From Syntrophorhabdales bacterium (lineage in GTDB: Bacteria > Desulfobacterota > Syntrophorhabdia > Syntrophorhabdales > WCHB1-27), in assembly GCA_050012495.1 (NCBI GenBank), contig JBEKHB010000001.1, forward strand, positions 11,304-75,303: 64,000 nucleotides of DNA, written 5' to 3'. Shown here piece after piece: positions 46,564-57,064 of this stretch (position 1 is the first letter of the stretch; the number at the start of each line of letters is the position of its first letter). The notes under the pieces were generated by a model. The model made no database searches, was not told the origin of the DNA, and was given only the letters and a program-made list of their open reading frames with translations. A program made the position numbers and the translations under genes.

Positions 46564-48000
46564 ATGTCCTATCCCGCACCCACATTTCAGCCGCTGCCGG
46601 TGAGCCCCCGTGGGGTCCGCCCGGAGGGCAGCCCCCGGGAAGCCAAGGGCCGGCCGCGAATCGGGCTCCTCAGCCCCTATACGGGTTCCAACCTGGGCGA
46701 CGCCGCCATCATCGAATCGGCACGGACCCACCTGCTGCGGCTCTTTCCCGACGCCGGGATGCTGCTGATCGTCCTTAACTGCGGCCGCGCCTCAAGGGCC
46801 CACGGCCTCGACTCCTTTCCACTGACTGCCGTGCCCCGCGCGTTTTATTTTACCGTGGCGGATGCGCTGCCCGCGGAGGCTCCCGTCGGCGACGGGTCGC
46901 CGCCCGCCCGCCCGCCCGCACTTCCCGGAGGGATGAGATCCGCTCTCAAGGGAGCGGCAAGGCACGTCCCTCTGGTCCTGCCGGCAGCCCAGCGGCTCCG
47001 GGACCACCTTCATGGGGCTGCGCTCGAAGCGCTCCACCTCATGGAGTCGTGGCGCATGGTGAAAAGCCTGGACTGCCTGGTAGTCGTCGGCGGCGGCCAG
47101 TTCGACGACGAATTCGGAGGACCCTGGGCTCACCCCTACTCGATGTTGAAGTGGACCAGGCTAGCCGCGAAAGAGGGCGTCCCTGTCTCTTTTATCGGTA
47201 CAGGGGTGGACAAGCTCCGATATCCTCTCAGCCGTCTATTTTTACGCAACACCCTTTCCAGGGCACAACGCGTCTCTTTGCGCGATGCGGGGTCTCTCGA
47301 CATGCTGCGCCGTATGGGCATCCAAGGCGATCTCATTTACTGTCCTGATCTGGCCTTCGGGCTCGCACAGCCCCGTGGTGATACGCCATTTCCTCACTCG
47401 TTACCGCCGCAGCGTCTCACCATAGGTCTCAGTCCTATTGCGTACGGTCTTCCCGGCAGTTGGCCGACAGATCTTTTGGCGCTTTTCAATCGATATTGGC
47501 GAGAATGGGAGTCCTTCGCGGTTTCCCTCCTCGACTCCGGTCATGCCGTCTCGCTCTTCTGCACCGACGACGCAGACCTTCGATTGACCCGGCGGCTTTA
47601 TGATCGGCTCAAAGTCATGCCCAATGTCAATGGCCGCGTGCATCTCCTGCCCGGGCTCAGTCTCCCCCGGCTCATGTCCGGACTGAAGACGTTTGACGCC
47701 GTCGTCGCAAGCCGCCTGCACGGGTGCCTCCTGAGCCATCTCTGCGGGACACCTGCCCTGGCGATCTCCTATCGCAGGAAGGTAGCCGCGCATATGGCCG
47801 ATATGGGACAAGAACGCTTCTCTCTGGATTTCGAAAACTTTACTGCAACGGAAGCACGCCGGTCCCTCTTCGACCTGCTCGGAGACCGGGAGGCACTTTC
47901 AGCCTCGCTCGCGCGCGCATGCGAGGTAAAACGCAAAGCCGTGGAAGAGGAATTCGTAGCCGTGGGCAAAAAACTCACGTTAAGGAGCGGCAATAAATGA
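46564..48000 (+). CDS. Polysaccharide pyruvyl transferase family
   Basis: NLGDAAI, VGGGQF, SLRDAGS, PDLAF, ASRLHG. Confidence 0.88.
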   Translation: MSYPAPTFQPLPVSPRGVRPEGSPREAKGRPRIGLLSPYTGSNLGDAAIIESARTHLLRLFPDAGMLLIVLNCGRASRAHGLDSFPLTAVPRAFYFTVADALPAEAPVGDGSPPARPPALPGGMRSALKGAARHVPLVLPAAQRLRDHLHGAALEALHLMESWRMVKSLDCLVVVGGGQFDDEFGGPWAHPYSMLKWTRLAAKEGVPVSFIGTGVDKLRYPLSRLFLRNTLSRAQRVSLRDAGSLDMLRRMGIQGDLIYCPDLAFGLAQPRGDTPFPHSLPPQRLTIGLSPIAYGLPGSWPTDLLALFNRYWREWESFAVSLLDSGHAVSLFCTDDADLRLTRRLYDRLKVMPNVNGRVHLLPGLSLPRLMSGLKTFDAVVASRLHGCLLSHLCGTPALAISYRRKVAAHMADMGQERFSLDFENFTATEARRSLFDLLGDREALSASLARACEVKRKAVEEEFVAVGKKLTLRSGNK

Positions 48001-49046
48001 CGGTGTCAAGAACCAACAGGTCCGGACGGGCCAAACCGGCGACGGACGGGCCCCTTGTCGCTGTCGTCACGCCTTTCTTCAATACCGCGGCGTACCTGGA
48101 CGAATGCATTCAAAGCGTGGCCGGCCAGACCTACACGAATTGGGAATATATTCTGGCGGATAACTGCAGCACCGATAATTCGGCTCATATCGTGGAAAAG
48201 TACGCGGCATCCGATAAGAGAATCCGCCTGATCCGGGAGGTCGAATTCCTGGGACAGACCGAGAACTATAACCGGGCCCTTACGTATATATCGCCGGGAA
48301 GCACGTACTGCAAAATCGTTCAGGCCGACGACTGGATCTATCCAGCCTGCCTGGAGGAGATGATCGAGGTTGCCGAATCGGGCCACAACGTGGGCCTGGT
48401 TTCATCCTTTACGCTCTATGGAGACCACGCCGGCCACGGCGGCCTGCCCCTCGCCGGGGGACCGGTCTATCCGGGCACGGAGGCAGCGAGGGCTTTCCTC
48501 CTCAAGGGCAAGACCCTCTTCGGCTCGCCGACCTGCGTCATGTACCTGAGCGATGCCGTCCGATCCCGCGAGCCGTTTTTTTCCACCACCACGCGTTATT
48601 TCGAGGACACCGAGGCATGCCTCGACATACTGCGGGACCATGAGTTCGGGTTCGTGCCACAGGTGCTGAGCTTCAACCGGCGCGACAACGACTCCATCTG
48701 GAGCGGATTGAAACAGTATAACCCCTATGTCCTCCACGAGGTCATGCTCCTCCACCTTTTCGGGCGCCATTTCCTCGACCGGGGGGAGTTCGCCCGGCGG
48801 CTTCGTCAGCTTGAAGACGTCTATTACGACTTGCTCGCGCAAGCCGCTCTCAAGGGATATGGGAAGGACTTCTGGGCGTTTCACCTCCAGGGACTGGCGA
48901 GCGTCGGGCAGAAGGTCAACTACGGAAAGGTCGTCTTCCGGGCCTTCCCTATCATGGCCTACTCCTTATTGAAGCCGCAGCGGGGCGTCCGTGCCCTCTG
49001 GCGCAGGTGCTTCAGGGCGAGTGGCGAGGTGGCGAGTGGCGAGTAA
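47997..49046 (+). CDS. GT2 glycosyltransferase
   Basis: VVTPFFN, DNCSTD, QADD. Confidence 0.9.
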   Translation: MTVSRTNRSGRAKPATDGPLVAVVTPFFNTAAYLDECIQSVAGQTYTNWEYILADNCSTDNSAHIVEKYAASDKRIRLIREVEFLGQTENYNRALTYISPGSTYCKIVQADDWIYPACLEEMIEVAESGHNVGLVSSFTLYGDHAGHGGLPLAGGPVYPGTEAARAFLLKGKTLFGSPTCVMYLSDAVRSREPFFSTTTRYFEDTEACLDILRDHEFGFVPQVLSFNRRDNDSIWSGLKQYNPYVLHEVMLLHLFGRHFLDRGEFARRLRQLEDVYYDLLAQAALKGYGKDFWAFHLQGLASVGQKVNYGKVVFRAFPIMAYSLLKPQRGVRALWRRCFRASGEVASGE

Positions 49047-49121
49047 GAAATTTAACGCAATGGGTTTCACTCTGAACCCGTCTTTCGGCACCCATCACGC
49101 AGCACTCCTCACTATGCACTG
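49016..49121. repeat. Paired heptamer arrays (GGCGAGT)x4 and (NNCACNN)x5 across a gene junction
   Basis: ggcgagt ggcgagg t ggcgagt ggcgagt (49016-44), then ggcaccc atcacgc agcactc ctcacta tgcactg (49087-121). Confidence 0.65.
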
Positions 49122-49140
49122 TACGGAGGGGTAACTCATC

Positions 49141-49902
49141 ATGCCGGCCACACTAAGCCTGCCATCGACCGAATTCAGTCATCCGAAATCATATGCCTGG
49201 CTCTACAGCGGGGATTCGAGCGTCGCCCACTTCTTTACTACGCGGTTGCGCATAATCCTTGATCTGATCCGCGACTACGAAGGCGGGAAAGTCCTGGACG
49301 TGGGTTGCGGGCCCGGTATACTGATAGGCCGCCTCGCCGAGAGGAACCGCGTAGTCGGGTTGGATATATCCCAAGAAATGATACGGGAATGCGCTGTATC
49401 CCTCCGCGGCTCCGGCTCGGTTTTTTTGACGGGAAGCGCCGAGGACCTGCCGCTGCGGGATACAACATTCGATGTCGTGGTCGGAATGGGCGTACTCGAA
49501 TACGTTGCAGACGCGCACAAGGCCCTGGGCGAGTTCAGCAGGGTGGCGAAGAAAGGCGGCATGGTCGTCGTATCCATGCTGAATAAAATGAGCCCTTACA
49601 GGCTTTGGGAGCGGACCGGCTGGGGCTGGACACAGTCGATCAGCAAAAAGCTGGCGAGAAGACCGGCCCCCCACCGCGACGAGCTGCACCTCCTCTCGGA
49701 GAGAGGGCTGCGCGGGCTGGCCGAATCCAACGGTCTTGAAGTCGACGATGTGGTCTACTATGATTTCAACCTGTTCCTCCCTCCCCTCGACAGGTACATG
49801 CCGCGAAGAGCCATGAGGATGAACAGGCGACTTGAGCACTTTTCCAGCAATTATCTGAAATGGATCGGTACCGGGTTCGTCGTCGCGGCCAAAAAAAAAT
49901 AA
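49141..49902 (+). CDS. Class I SAM-dependent methyltransferase
   Basis: VLDVGCGPG, GLDIS..M, AEDLP...FD, GVLEY. Confidence 0.9.
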   Translation: MPATLSLPSTEFSHPKSYAWLYSGDSSVAHFFTTRLRIILDLIRDYEGGKVLDVGCGPGILIGRLAERNRVVGLDISQEMIRECAVSLRGSGSVFLTGSAEDLPLRDTTFDVVVGMGVLEYVADAHKALGEFSRVAKKGGMVVVSMLNKMSPYRLWERTGWGWTQSISKKLARRPAPHRDELHLLSERGLRGLAESNGLEVDDVVYYDFNLFLPPLDRYMPRRAMRMNRRLEHFSSNYLKWIGTGFVVAAKKK

Positions 49903-49943
49903 CCCATATCCGCTTTTTAAAAAGGGAAAAGAGGGCGGCCTTT

Positions 49944-52172
49944 ATGAACAACCCACGCATATCGGTAATAATCTGCTCCTGCAACCGTGCGGCAGGTCTT
50001 TCCGGCCTGTTCAACGACTTCAGGGCCAAAAGCGCCGGCCTGCCCGCATCCGCATGGGAGATATTGTTCGTCGACAATGGATCGACGGACAACACCGCTG
50101 AAATAGTTGATCGCTGCGCGCTGGAGTTGTCCCTCCCCCTTCGCTACGTTGCAGAGCCGCGCCGCGGCAAATCTCACGCCCTCAATAGGGGGGTGGAGGA
50201 GGCCGCAAGCGGCTTCCTCGTCTTTACAGACGACGATATCATACTCGATCAGGCATGGTTTGCCGAGGTTCTTGAAGCATCGGAAAGGCAATCCTATGAT
50301 ATGTTCGGCGGCAGGGTTATCGCCGTACTGCCGCCTGGCATGCCTCCATGGCTGCTGGATAAAAACAACAGGCCCCTCGTCGGCGGTCCTTTGGTGACCC
50401 ACGACCAGGGGGACGACGAGCGGGAATACGATGCGTCCATGCATAGACCCATAGGCGCAAATATGTTCATCCGTAGAAAGCTGTTCGAAAAACTCGGCCT
50501 CTTTCGCACAGACCTCGGTCCCCTTGAGAGAGGCGGCGTCTATGGCGAAGACAGCGAGCTGGCGCTCCGCTTCATGCTGGCGGGAGAAAGGGCGCTCTAT
50601 TACCCCAGGGTCATCGTCTATCACCCCATTCTTAAAGACAGGATCCGCAAAGCTTTTTTCCATCGCTATTACTTCAATTGCGGCCGGGGGAGCGCGCGCT
50701 TTATGGACCCGATCCCCGGGACCACCCGCTACTTCAACATTCCACGATACCAGTTGCGCCGCGCCTTCGTCGATCTTTGCAGGTTCGGGCTGTCGGACGT
50801 TTTCCTTCCTCCCGGCGAGCGGTTCCGGCGCAAAGTGCAGCTCCTCTTTCTCTTCGGCATAATTGCGGAATATTACGCAGGCAGACAGCGCCGTGTCCCC
50901 CCTCCCGTCGCTGAACCGCACGAAAGCGCAAGGCCGGCCCCGGTCCCGAAGAGCGTGGCAGCTGAATCGCGACCGGCTGAGGGACCCCTCTTCCCCTTCG
51001 TAGGGGTGATAGGTCTTGTGCCTGACGTCTGGGGTGATTACTGGCAGGTCCGCCAGCACGTGCTCACCCGTCTCGCCCGTTACTTTTTTGTCGTATGGGT
51101 CAATCCTGCCCGCTCCCTGCCGGAGGACCTCCACGAAATCTGTGCGCAAGAGGGCATTGACGAGGGGCCGCAAATGGCAGGATTTCACGTGTATACGCCA
51201 CAATTCAGGCTGTCAAAGATATGCCGCCCCGGACTGCTCGCAGACTTCTTTTTCGATCTTCGCCTGCGACAAGCACGCAAAATCCTCGAAAAAAAAGGAT
51301 GCAAGAAAATAATTACCTATATCTGGCGGCCCGAGTATGAAAGGGCCCTTTCCTCCCTGCCGGGCAACCTCGCCTGCTATCACATCGACGACGAATATAC
51401 CTTTTCCGAGGAGGAAGTGCCGACGGACCCGGTAGAGACAAGGTTGATCAAGAGAGTCGATCAGGTCTTTGTTCATTCCCAGGGGCTGTTTGAAAAGAAG
51501 GGGGGACTCAACCCTCGTACGATGGTCGTTCCGAACGGGGTGGACTATGACGCCTACGCACTCCCCCACGCGGAACCCGCCGATTTGCGGTCCGTTCCGA
51601 AACCGAGGATCGGCTATACGGGCATTCTCAAGACACAGCTCGACTGGCCCCTTCTCCTGCAATTGGCACGCAGGCATCCGGAGTGGTCGTTTGTGTTTGT
51701 CGGCCCTCGCAATGGCTCGCAAACTGAGATCTTACGATGGGTAGAAACACTCTTAAGCCTTGCGAACGTCTACTTCCTGGGCGGCAAATCACCCCGGTCG
51801 CTGGCCTCCTACCCCCAGCACTTCGACGTGGCTGTCATGCCGTACCGCGTCAATAGTTACACGAACCACATCTATCCGTTGAAATTGCACGAGTACCTGG
51901 CGAGCGGCTGTCCCGTCGTCGGCTCTAAAATCCGGTCGCTCTCCCAGTTACAGGACGTGGTGAGGCTTGCCGGGACGGCTGACGAGTGGTCCGCCGCGCT
52001 CTCCGATGCGCTCTCTCCCTCAGCCCGCTCCGGAAAGGCGGTGGAGAGGCGCCGGATGGTTGCGAAGGACCACGACTGGAACCGCATCGTGCACACCATT
52101 GCACTCGCGTTATGCACGCTTGCAGAGCCGGAGAGTGCGCGGTTCATGGAGAGGGCCTCTCTCCAGCAATAG
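49944..52172 (+). CDS. Fused GT2 + GT4 (TuaH-like) bifunctional glycosyltransferase
   Basis: N-domain VDNGSTD, FTDDD, GANM, GEDSE. Pro-rich linker. C-domain VPNGVD, IGYTG, PLKLHEYLASG. Confidence 0.88.
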   Translation: MNNPRISVIICSCNRAAGLSGLFNDFRAKSAGLPASAWEILFVDNGSTDNTAEIVDRCALELSLPLRYVAEPRRGKSHALNRGVEEAASGFLVFTDDDIILDQAWFAEVLEASERQSYDMFGGRVIAVLPPGMPPWLLDKNNRPLVGGPLVTHDQGDDEREYDASMHRPIGANMFIRRKLFEKLGLFRTDLGPLERGGVYGEDSELALRFMLAGERALYYPRVIVYHPILKDRIRKAFFHRYYFNCGRGSARFMDPIPGTTRYFNIPRYQLRRAFVDLCRFGLSDVFLPPGERFRRKVQLLFLFGIIAEYYAGRQRRVPPPVAEPHESARPAPVPKSVAAESRPAEGPLFPFVGVIGLVPDVWGDYWQVRQHVLTRLARYFFVVWVNPARSLPEDLHEICAQEGIDEGPQMAGFHVYTPQFRLSKICRPGLLADFFFDLRLRQARKILEKKGCKKIITYIWRPEYERALSSLPGNLACYHIDDEYTFSEEEVPTDPVETRLIKRVDQVFVHSQGLFEKKGGLNPRTMVVPNGVDYDAYALPHAEPADLRSVPKPRIGYTGILKTQLDWPLLLQLARRHPEWSFVFVGPRNGSQTEILRWVETLLSLANVYFLGGKSPRSLASYPQHFDVAVMPYRVNSYTNHIYPLKLHEYLASGCPVVGSKIRSLSQLQDVVRLAGTADEWSAALSDALSPSARSGKAVERRRMVAKDHDWNRIVHTIALALCTLAEPESARFMERASLQQ

Positions 52173-52207
52173 AAGAGATACCGACAGAAAAGGAGTACAA
52201 GCGGTTG

Positions 52208-53419
52208 ATGAGAGTCTATTCTCTGCCCCCGGTGCAACATAAGGTTTCCCTGTCCTCCGTCATGGACGCATATACCCATGCGCCGAACGCGGAAGGGGAC
52301 GGCTTTATGGAATCGATGAGGAGTTTCCTGGGTACGGAACATCTCTTCTATGTTTCTTCGGGCAGGGCGGCCCTGTGGCTCATCATGAAGGCCCTGTCCG
52401 CTTTGAGGCCGAAAAAGGAAGTCCTCATCCCCGCCTACACCTGCCCGGCCGTTCCCGCGGCCATATTGAAGGCCGGCCTGAAACCCATCCTCGTCGATAT
52501 AAATCTGACGGATTTCGGGTTTGAGCATCAGGACCTGGAGAAGAAGATCGGAAAGGAGACCCTTGCCGTCGTCGTCGTTCATCTCTTCGGCTATCCCGCG
52601 GCCATAAATCCAGCCCGGAAACTGTGCCGCGAAGGGGACGTCTTTCTCGTGGAAGACGCGGCACAGGCCTTCGGCAACACCGTGTGCGGTTTTCCCGAAA
52701 AAAAACTCGGGCTCCTGGGTGATGCGGGGTTCTTCAGCTTCGGACGAGGCAAACCGATAGGCGCCCTCCATGGCGGCCTCGCGATAACCGGATCTCCTGA
52801 GATCCATGAGCAGGCTAAAGCCATATACGGGCGACTGGATGGAATTTCCTCCCTTGGCGGCCTCGCTTCTTTTGTTGCCTTTCTCCTTTCTTCCTGTCTG
52901 TCCGATCCCCGATTGTACTGGATACCCCAAATGATGCCGTTCCTCCGTCTCGGGGAGACCCATTTCAGCCCGGACTTCCCTCTGAAAAAAGGATGCAGCG
53001 GTGTTATCCCTGTTCTCGATCTGCTTTTCCGTTCTCTTCAAAAGGAAAAGCAGATCAGGGAGGAGAATTCGTCCTGGTACCGGCACTACCTCCTGCCTGC
53101 CTCAGGCAGCGCCCTCTCTTTGCGCGACCGATACCCCTACCTCAGGTATCCCCTCCTCGTGAGGGACTGGACCTTAAGAGACAAGCTCCTTGGTCGCCTC
53201 TCGTCGGAAGGGACGGGAGCAGCGGGTCTCTATCCCTGCCCCCTCAATGAGCTGCCGGATCTTAAAGAACGCCTGGACGACAGAAGGCGCTATAGGAATG
53301 CAGGGATACTGGCCCGGAGTCTCATCACCCTGCCCGTCCATCCCGGCGTGACCGCAGGGGCGCGCGAAAAAATAGGGCGGATCGCGCATCAGACCATAAT
53401 GGAGGCTTCCACGCAATGA
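52208..53419 (+). CDS. DegT/DnrJ-like PLP enzyme
   Basis: SSGRAAL, PAYTCP, VHLFG, EDAAQA, FSFGRGKP, TLPVHP. Confidence 0.85.
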   Translation: MRVYSLPPVQHKVSLSSVMDAYTHAPNAEGDGFMESMRSFLGTEHLFYVSSGRAALWLIMKALSALRPKKEVLIPAYTCPAVPAAILKAGLKPILVDINLTDFGFEHQDLEKKIGKETLAVVVVHLFGYPAAINPARKLCREGDVFLVEDAAQAFGNTVCGFPEKKLGLLGDAGFFSFGRGKPIGALHGGLAITGSPEIHEQAKAIYGRLDGISSLGGLASFVAFLLSSCLSDPRLYWIPQMMPFLRLGETHFSPDFPLKKGCSGVIPVLDLLFRSLQKEKQIREENSSWYRHYLLPASGSALSLRDRYPYLRYPLLVRDWTLRDKLLGRLSSEGTGAAGLYPCPLNELPDLKERLDDRRRYRNAGILARSLITLPVHPGVTAGAREKIGRIAHQTIMEASTQ

Positions 53420-54480
53420 GCGTCCGTATCGCAACCACCGGAGATAAGGAAGCATGGGACGACTACGTAGCCACGAGCCCGCGCTCGAGCGCATGGCACC
53501 TGTGGGGATGGCGGAAGGTGATCGGGAAGACCTACGGCCATACGCCCTATTATCTCCTTGCAACTGATGAATCGAAGATCGAGGGCGTGCTGCCGCTCTT
53601 TCACCTGAAGAGCCTTCTCTTCGGGAATATGCTGGTCTCGATGCCCTTCCTCGACGGCGGGGGACTCCTCACCGACACGGACGACGCTGGGAGGAGCTTG
53701 CTGCTCGAAGCCGTCAACATCGCGCGCCGGACAGGTGCATCCACCATTGAGCTGAGGCACCTTGAGCCCCCAACCTGGCTGGCCGGCCCGCTCCCTGGCG
53801 GGATCCCGACCCACGGTCCGCGACCCTCGAAGGTGCGCATGCTGCTGGCGCTCCCCGGCTCATCCGAGGTGCTGGTCAACTCTTTCAAGGCAAAATTGAG
53901 GAGTCAGATCAAGAGGCCCTCGAAGGAAGGATGCCGGGCCGTCATCGGCGGCATGGAGCTTTTGGACCAATTCTATCGCGTGTTCCTGGTTACTATGCGT
54001 GACCTCGGGTCTCCCGTTCACTCCAAAACGCTCTTTGTCCGGGTGCTTCAGGAATTTTCCGGGAATGCACGGATCTTTCTGGTGACGAAGGAACAGGCGC
54101 CCATCGCCGGCAGCCTCACTATCAGTCTGGGCGACACCGTAGTGAATCCCTGGGCCTCCTCCCTCAGGGCATTCAGCGCGTTGAGCCCGAACATGCTCCT
54201 CTACTGGACCATGCTCGAATTTGCCTGCAACAACGGCTTCAGGTTTTTTGACTTCGGCCGGTCCTCGCCGGATGGAGGGACTTACCGTTTCAAGGCCCAG
54301 TGGGGCGCTGCGCCCGTCCCGCTCAATTGGGGTTACATCTCTTTGTCAGCGGATAAGTCCCCGGCGCCGGTCACCGCTCAAAGGAACAGGCTCGATAGGT
54401 TTACGCGGTATTGGAAGCGGCTGCCCGTCGGTCTCACCTCGGTTCTCGGTCCTGTGATCAGAAGGCAGATAAGTCTCTAG
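53416..54480 (+). CDS. FemAB-related (GNAT) protein, PEP-CTERM/XrtA-system type
   Basis: LVSMPFLDGGG, FKAKLRSQI, MRDLGSPV, PNMLLYW, FDFGRS, FKAQWG. Confidence 0.9.
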   Translation: MSVRIATTGDKEAWDDYVATSPRSSAWHLWGWRKVIGKTYGHTPYYLLATDESKIEGVLPLFHLKSLLFGNMLVSMPFLDGGGLLTDTDDAGRSLLLEAVNIARRTGASTIELRHLEPPTWLAGPLPGGIPTHGPRPSKVRMLLALPGSSEVLVNSFKAKLRSQIKRPSKEGCRAVIGGMELLDQFYRVFLVTMRDLGSPVHSKTLFVRVLQEFSGNARIFLVTKEQAPIAGSLTISLGDTVVNPWASSLRAFSALSPNMLLYWTMLEFACNNGFRFFDFGRSSPDGGTYRFKAQWGAAPVPLNWGYISLSADKSPAPVTAQRNRLDRFTRYWKRLPVGLTSVLGPVIRRQISL

Positions 54481-54491
54481 TCCGGACGACC

Positions 54492-55811
54492 ATGGAAAAA
54501 CTCTTGATCATCTCTTATCACTTCCCCCCCGATTCAGCCATAGGAGCAGTCCGCCCGGCAAAATTCGCCAAGTACCTGCCCGAATTCGGCTGGAAACCCA
54601 TAATCTACACCGTAGATGAAAAGCATTACGAGTCATGCGACGCCTCCAGGTTCGAAGACCTCCTGAGAGGGATCCGGATGTACCGCGCCGACCCCTTTCC
54701 AGGCCTTCTTCAGCTCTATTCGGGAATAAGGTCGCTGAGCACGCCCGCGACAGCACAGGAAGGCAAAGCCGCAAAGAATGAGATGGGCCGTCCGGGCTTT
54801 CCCAAGAGGCTCATCAGCTCCCTCTTGCGCCTGCCGGACGAGCATCAGGGCTGGGTCTTGAGCATAGCGGCTCATGGGAGGCGCATTTTGAAGGAACACG
54901 GCGCCAGGGTATTTATGACTTCCGGTCCTCCCATGAGTACGCACCTCGGCGGGCTTCTGCTGAAGAAGATGACGGGGGTCTGCTGGATAGCCGATTTCAG
55001 GGACCCGTGGACGACCATGCAGGAGTGGAAAGACGAGGCATTTCGATCGGACGCGGCCTTGCGGATCGAACGATGGCTCGAAAGAAAGACGGTGAGCGCG
55101 GCGGACGGCATCGTCACCACGGCCCCCAGTGTCACCCGGTACTTTCAATCGCTCCTCCCCCGGGAAGAGAGGGGGAAGGTTATCACGATCACCAACGGTT
55201 ATGACAACAGCGATTTCCAGGGCCTGCCGCAGCCTGAGGCAAACCCTCCCGGAATGCGCCTCACCCATGCCGGCTCTCTTTATCTCGGCCGCAATCCCGA
55301 GCCCCTTTTTGGCGCCCTCCGGAACCTTATCGACAAGGGCGCGATCGGCTCATGTGAGGTCCAGGTAGATTTTATCGGTGATCCGCATTACAGCGGCGCC
55401 CCGCTTTCCGCCATGGTGCAAAAGCATGACCTCGCACAGACCGTATCGCTCTCAGGGAAAATGGACTCCCGTGCGTGTTTTCAGAGATTGCTGGACTCCC
55501 GGGGCCTTCTGCTCCTTGCCCAGGACCAGCCACAGGAGATACCCGGAAAGGTATTCGAATACCTGCGCCTTAACAAGCCGACGTTGGTGATAACCGGTGA
55601 GGGCGACACAAAAGATCTCCTGCTGGATTTCCCCAATTTCTTCCTTGCCGATCCCCAAAAGCCGGGAGAGATAGAAGAAAAATTACTGGAGACGATAAGA
55701 CACATGAGGAGCAAACGGCGCACCGGGCCGCAGGGCGGGATCATGCGGTATGACCGCAGGGCGCTCACGGCCGAACTCTCCTCATGGCTATCCGCAAGGA
55801 GGTTCTCGTGA
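54492..55811 (+). CDS. GT4 glycosyltransferase
   Basis: SYHFPP...GAVR..KFAKYL, SGPP, ADFRDPW, NGYD, PGKVFEYL. Confidence 0.9.
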   Translation: MEKLLIISYHFPPDSAIGAVRPAKFAKYLPEFGWKPIIYTVDEKHYESCDASRFEDLLRGIRMYRADPFPGLLQLYSGIRSLSTPATAQEGKAAKNEMGRPGFPKRLISSLLRLPDEHQGWVLSIAAHGRRILKEHGARVFMTSGPPMSTHLGGLLLKKMTGVCWIADFRDPWTTMQEWKDEAFRSDAALRIERWLERKTVSAADGIVTTAPSVTRYFQSLLPREERGKVITITNGYDNSDFQGLPQPEANPPGMRLTHAGSLYLGRNPEPLFGALRNLIDKGAIGSCEVQVDFIGDPHYSGAPLSAMVQKHDLAQTVSLSGKMDSRACFQRLLDSRGLLLLAQDQPQEIPGKVFEYLRLNKPTLVITGEGDTKDLLLDFPNFFLADPQKPGEIEEKLLETIRHMRSKRRTGPQGGIMRYDRRALTAELSSWLSARRFS

Positions 55812-57064
55812 TGAAATCGACTACCGCTCAAATCCCTCTCACCTACGCGCCGGAGAGACTGACCATCCTGCTGGGGTTGTTCTATTTGTGGCTGTTCATG
55901 GTGCTTGACCGGCCCCAGGATTTCTTCCCCCAGTTGCAGGCGGTCAGGCCGGCACTGATCCTGGGCTGCCTGCTCGTGCTCTTTTTTCTGCCTCAAAACC
56001 CGGCAGCCGCACTCAAATCGGTCCTCACCGGCAGACAGTCGAGGCTTTACGTATGCCTCCTTGCCGTAATGGTGCTCGGCATCCCCTTCTCGCGCTATCC
56101 GAGCCGCTCTTTTCACGCCGTATTCATCGAACAATCGAGCAACGTGCTCCTCTTCTTTTTCCTCTATGCCCTGATCGATTCGGTAGCGAAGCTGAAACGC
56201 GTCCTATTTCTCGCGGTCGTCAGCGCAGGGTTATACTCCGCGTTTTGCCTGGCCAGGGGCACCTTTGTCGACGAGAGGCTTTTTTTCGGCGACATGTTCG
56301 ACCCGAACGACCTTTCCTTCTTTGTACTCAGCTTCCTGCCCTTCGGGTGCCTTTTCCTCACCGGGGAAAGCCGTCTCCGCAGACTGCTCTCGGCCGGCGC
56401 CCTTGTTTCCGGTATCCTCCTCATCATATACAGCGGCTCCCGGGGCGGCTTTATCGCCTTTGCCGTTGTGTGCGGCCTGATGGCATTTTCAAAAAACCGC
56501 TCGATCACGCGGTCAGCCAGGCGCATCCTCCTCCTGGCGGGCATACCCTGCATCCTCTTCATGCTGCTCGGCACAGGCACGTCCCGGTATTCCACCATTT
56601 TGAACCCGGAAGGGGATTACAACTATTTTGACGAAACCGGACGGTTAGCTATCTGGGAGAGAGGTATCGATCTCATGGCGTCGAATCCCGTCACGGGCGT
56701 CGGTGTCGGCTGCTTTGATGAAGCAATTGGAGAGGAAAGAAAGGCAGCAGGGCTTCTCCCCAAATGGCAGGCAGCCCACAATGCCTTTATACAGATAGGG
56801 GCAGAAACGGGCATCCTAGGTCTTGTGCTGTTCACTGCCATGATTCTCAACGCCCTTATCGGTTTTGCGCGGGTAAAGAAGGCGGCGGCGGTTGACCTGA
56901 TCAGGATCGCGGAAATGGGATTTATCGGTCTCATCGGCCAGGTCGCGTCGATCACGTTCCTCAGCCAGGCATACTCTCCTTACTGGGTATTCTACATGGT
57001 GCTGCCCTTCGTGCTGCTCAGGCTGTCGGCTCACGAAAAACCGGAGGTCCAACCTTGTTCATAA
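55811..57064 (+). CDS. O-antigen ligase/polymerase family (Wzy_C)
   Basis: RPQD, DPNDL, SGSRGG, GRLAIW, GVGVGCF, AHNAFIQIGAETG. Confidence 0.88.
   Translation: MKSTTAQIPLTYAPERLTILLGLFYLWLFMVLDRPQDFFPQLQAVRPALILGCLLVLFFLPQNPAAALKSVLTGRQSRLYVCLLAVMVLGIPFSRYPSRSFHAVFIEQSSNVLLFFFLYALIDSVAKLKRVLFLAVVSAGLYSAFCLARGTFVDERLFFGDMFDPNDLSFFVLSFLPFGCLFLTGESRLRRLLSAGALVSGILLIIYSGSRGGFIAFAVVCGLMAFSKNRSITRSARRILLLAGIPCILFMLLGTGTSRYSTILNPEGDYNYFDETGRLAIWERGIDLMASNPVTGVGVGCFDEAIGEERKAAGLLPKWQAAHNAFIQIGAETGILGLVLFTAMILNALIGFARVKKAAAVDLIRIAEMGFIGLIGQVASITFLSQAYSPYWVFYMVLPFVLLRLSAHEKPEVQPCS

Noticed and set aside
49891-49899. A9 tract (also A8 runs near 12527 and 30645) as phase-variation sites
   Set aside because: The A9 tract encodes the terminal KKK just before the stop. 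The others are short, in frame, and show no evidence of slippage.
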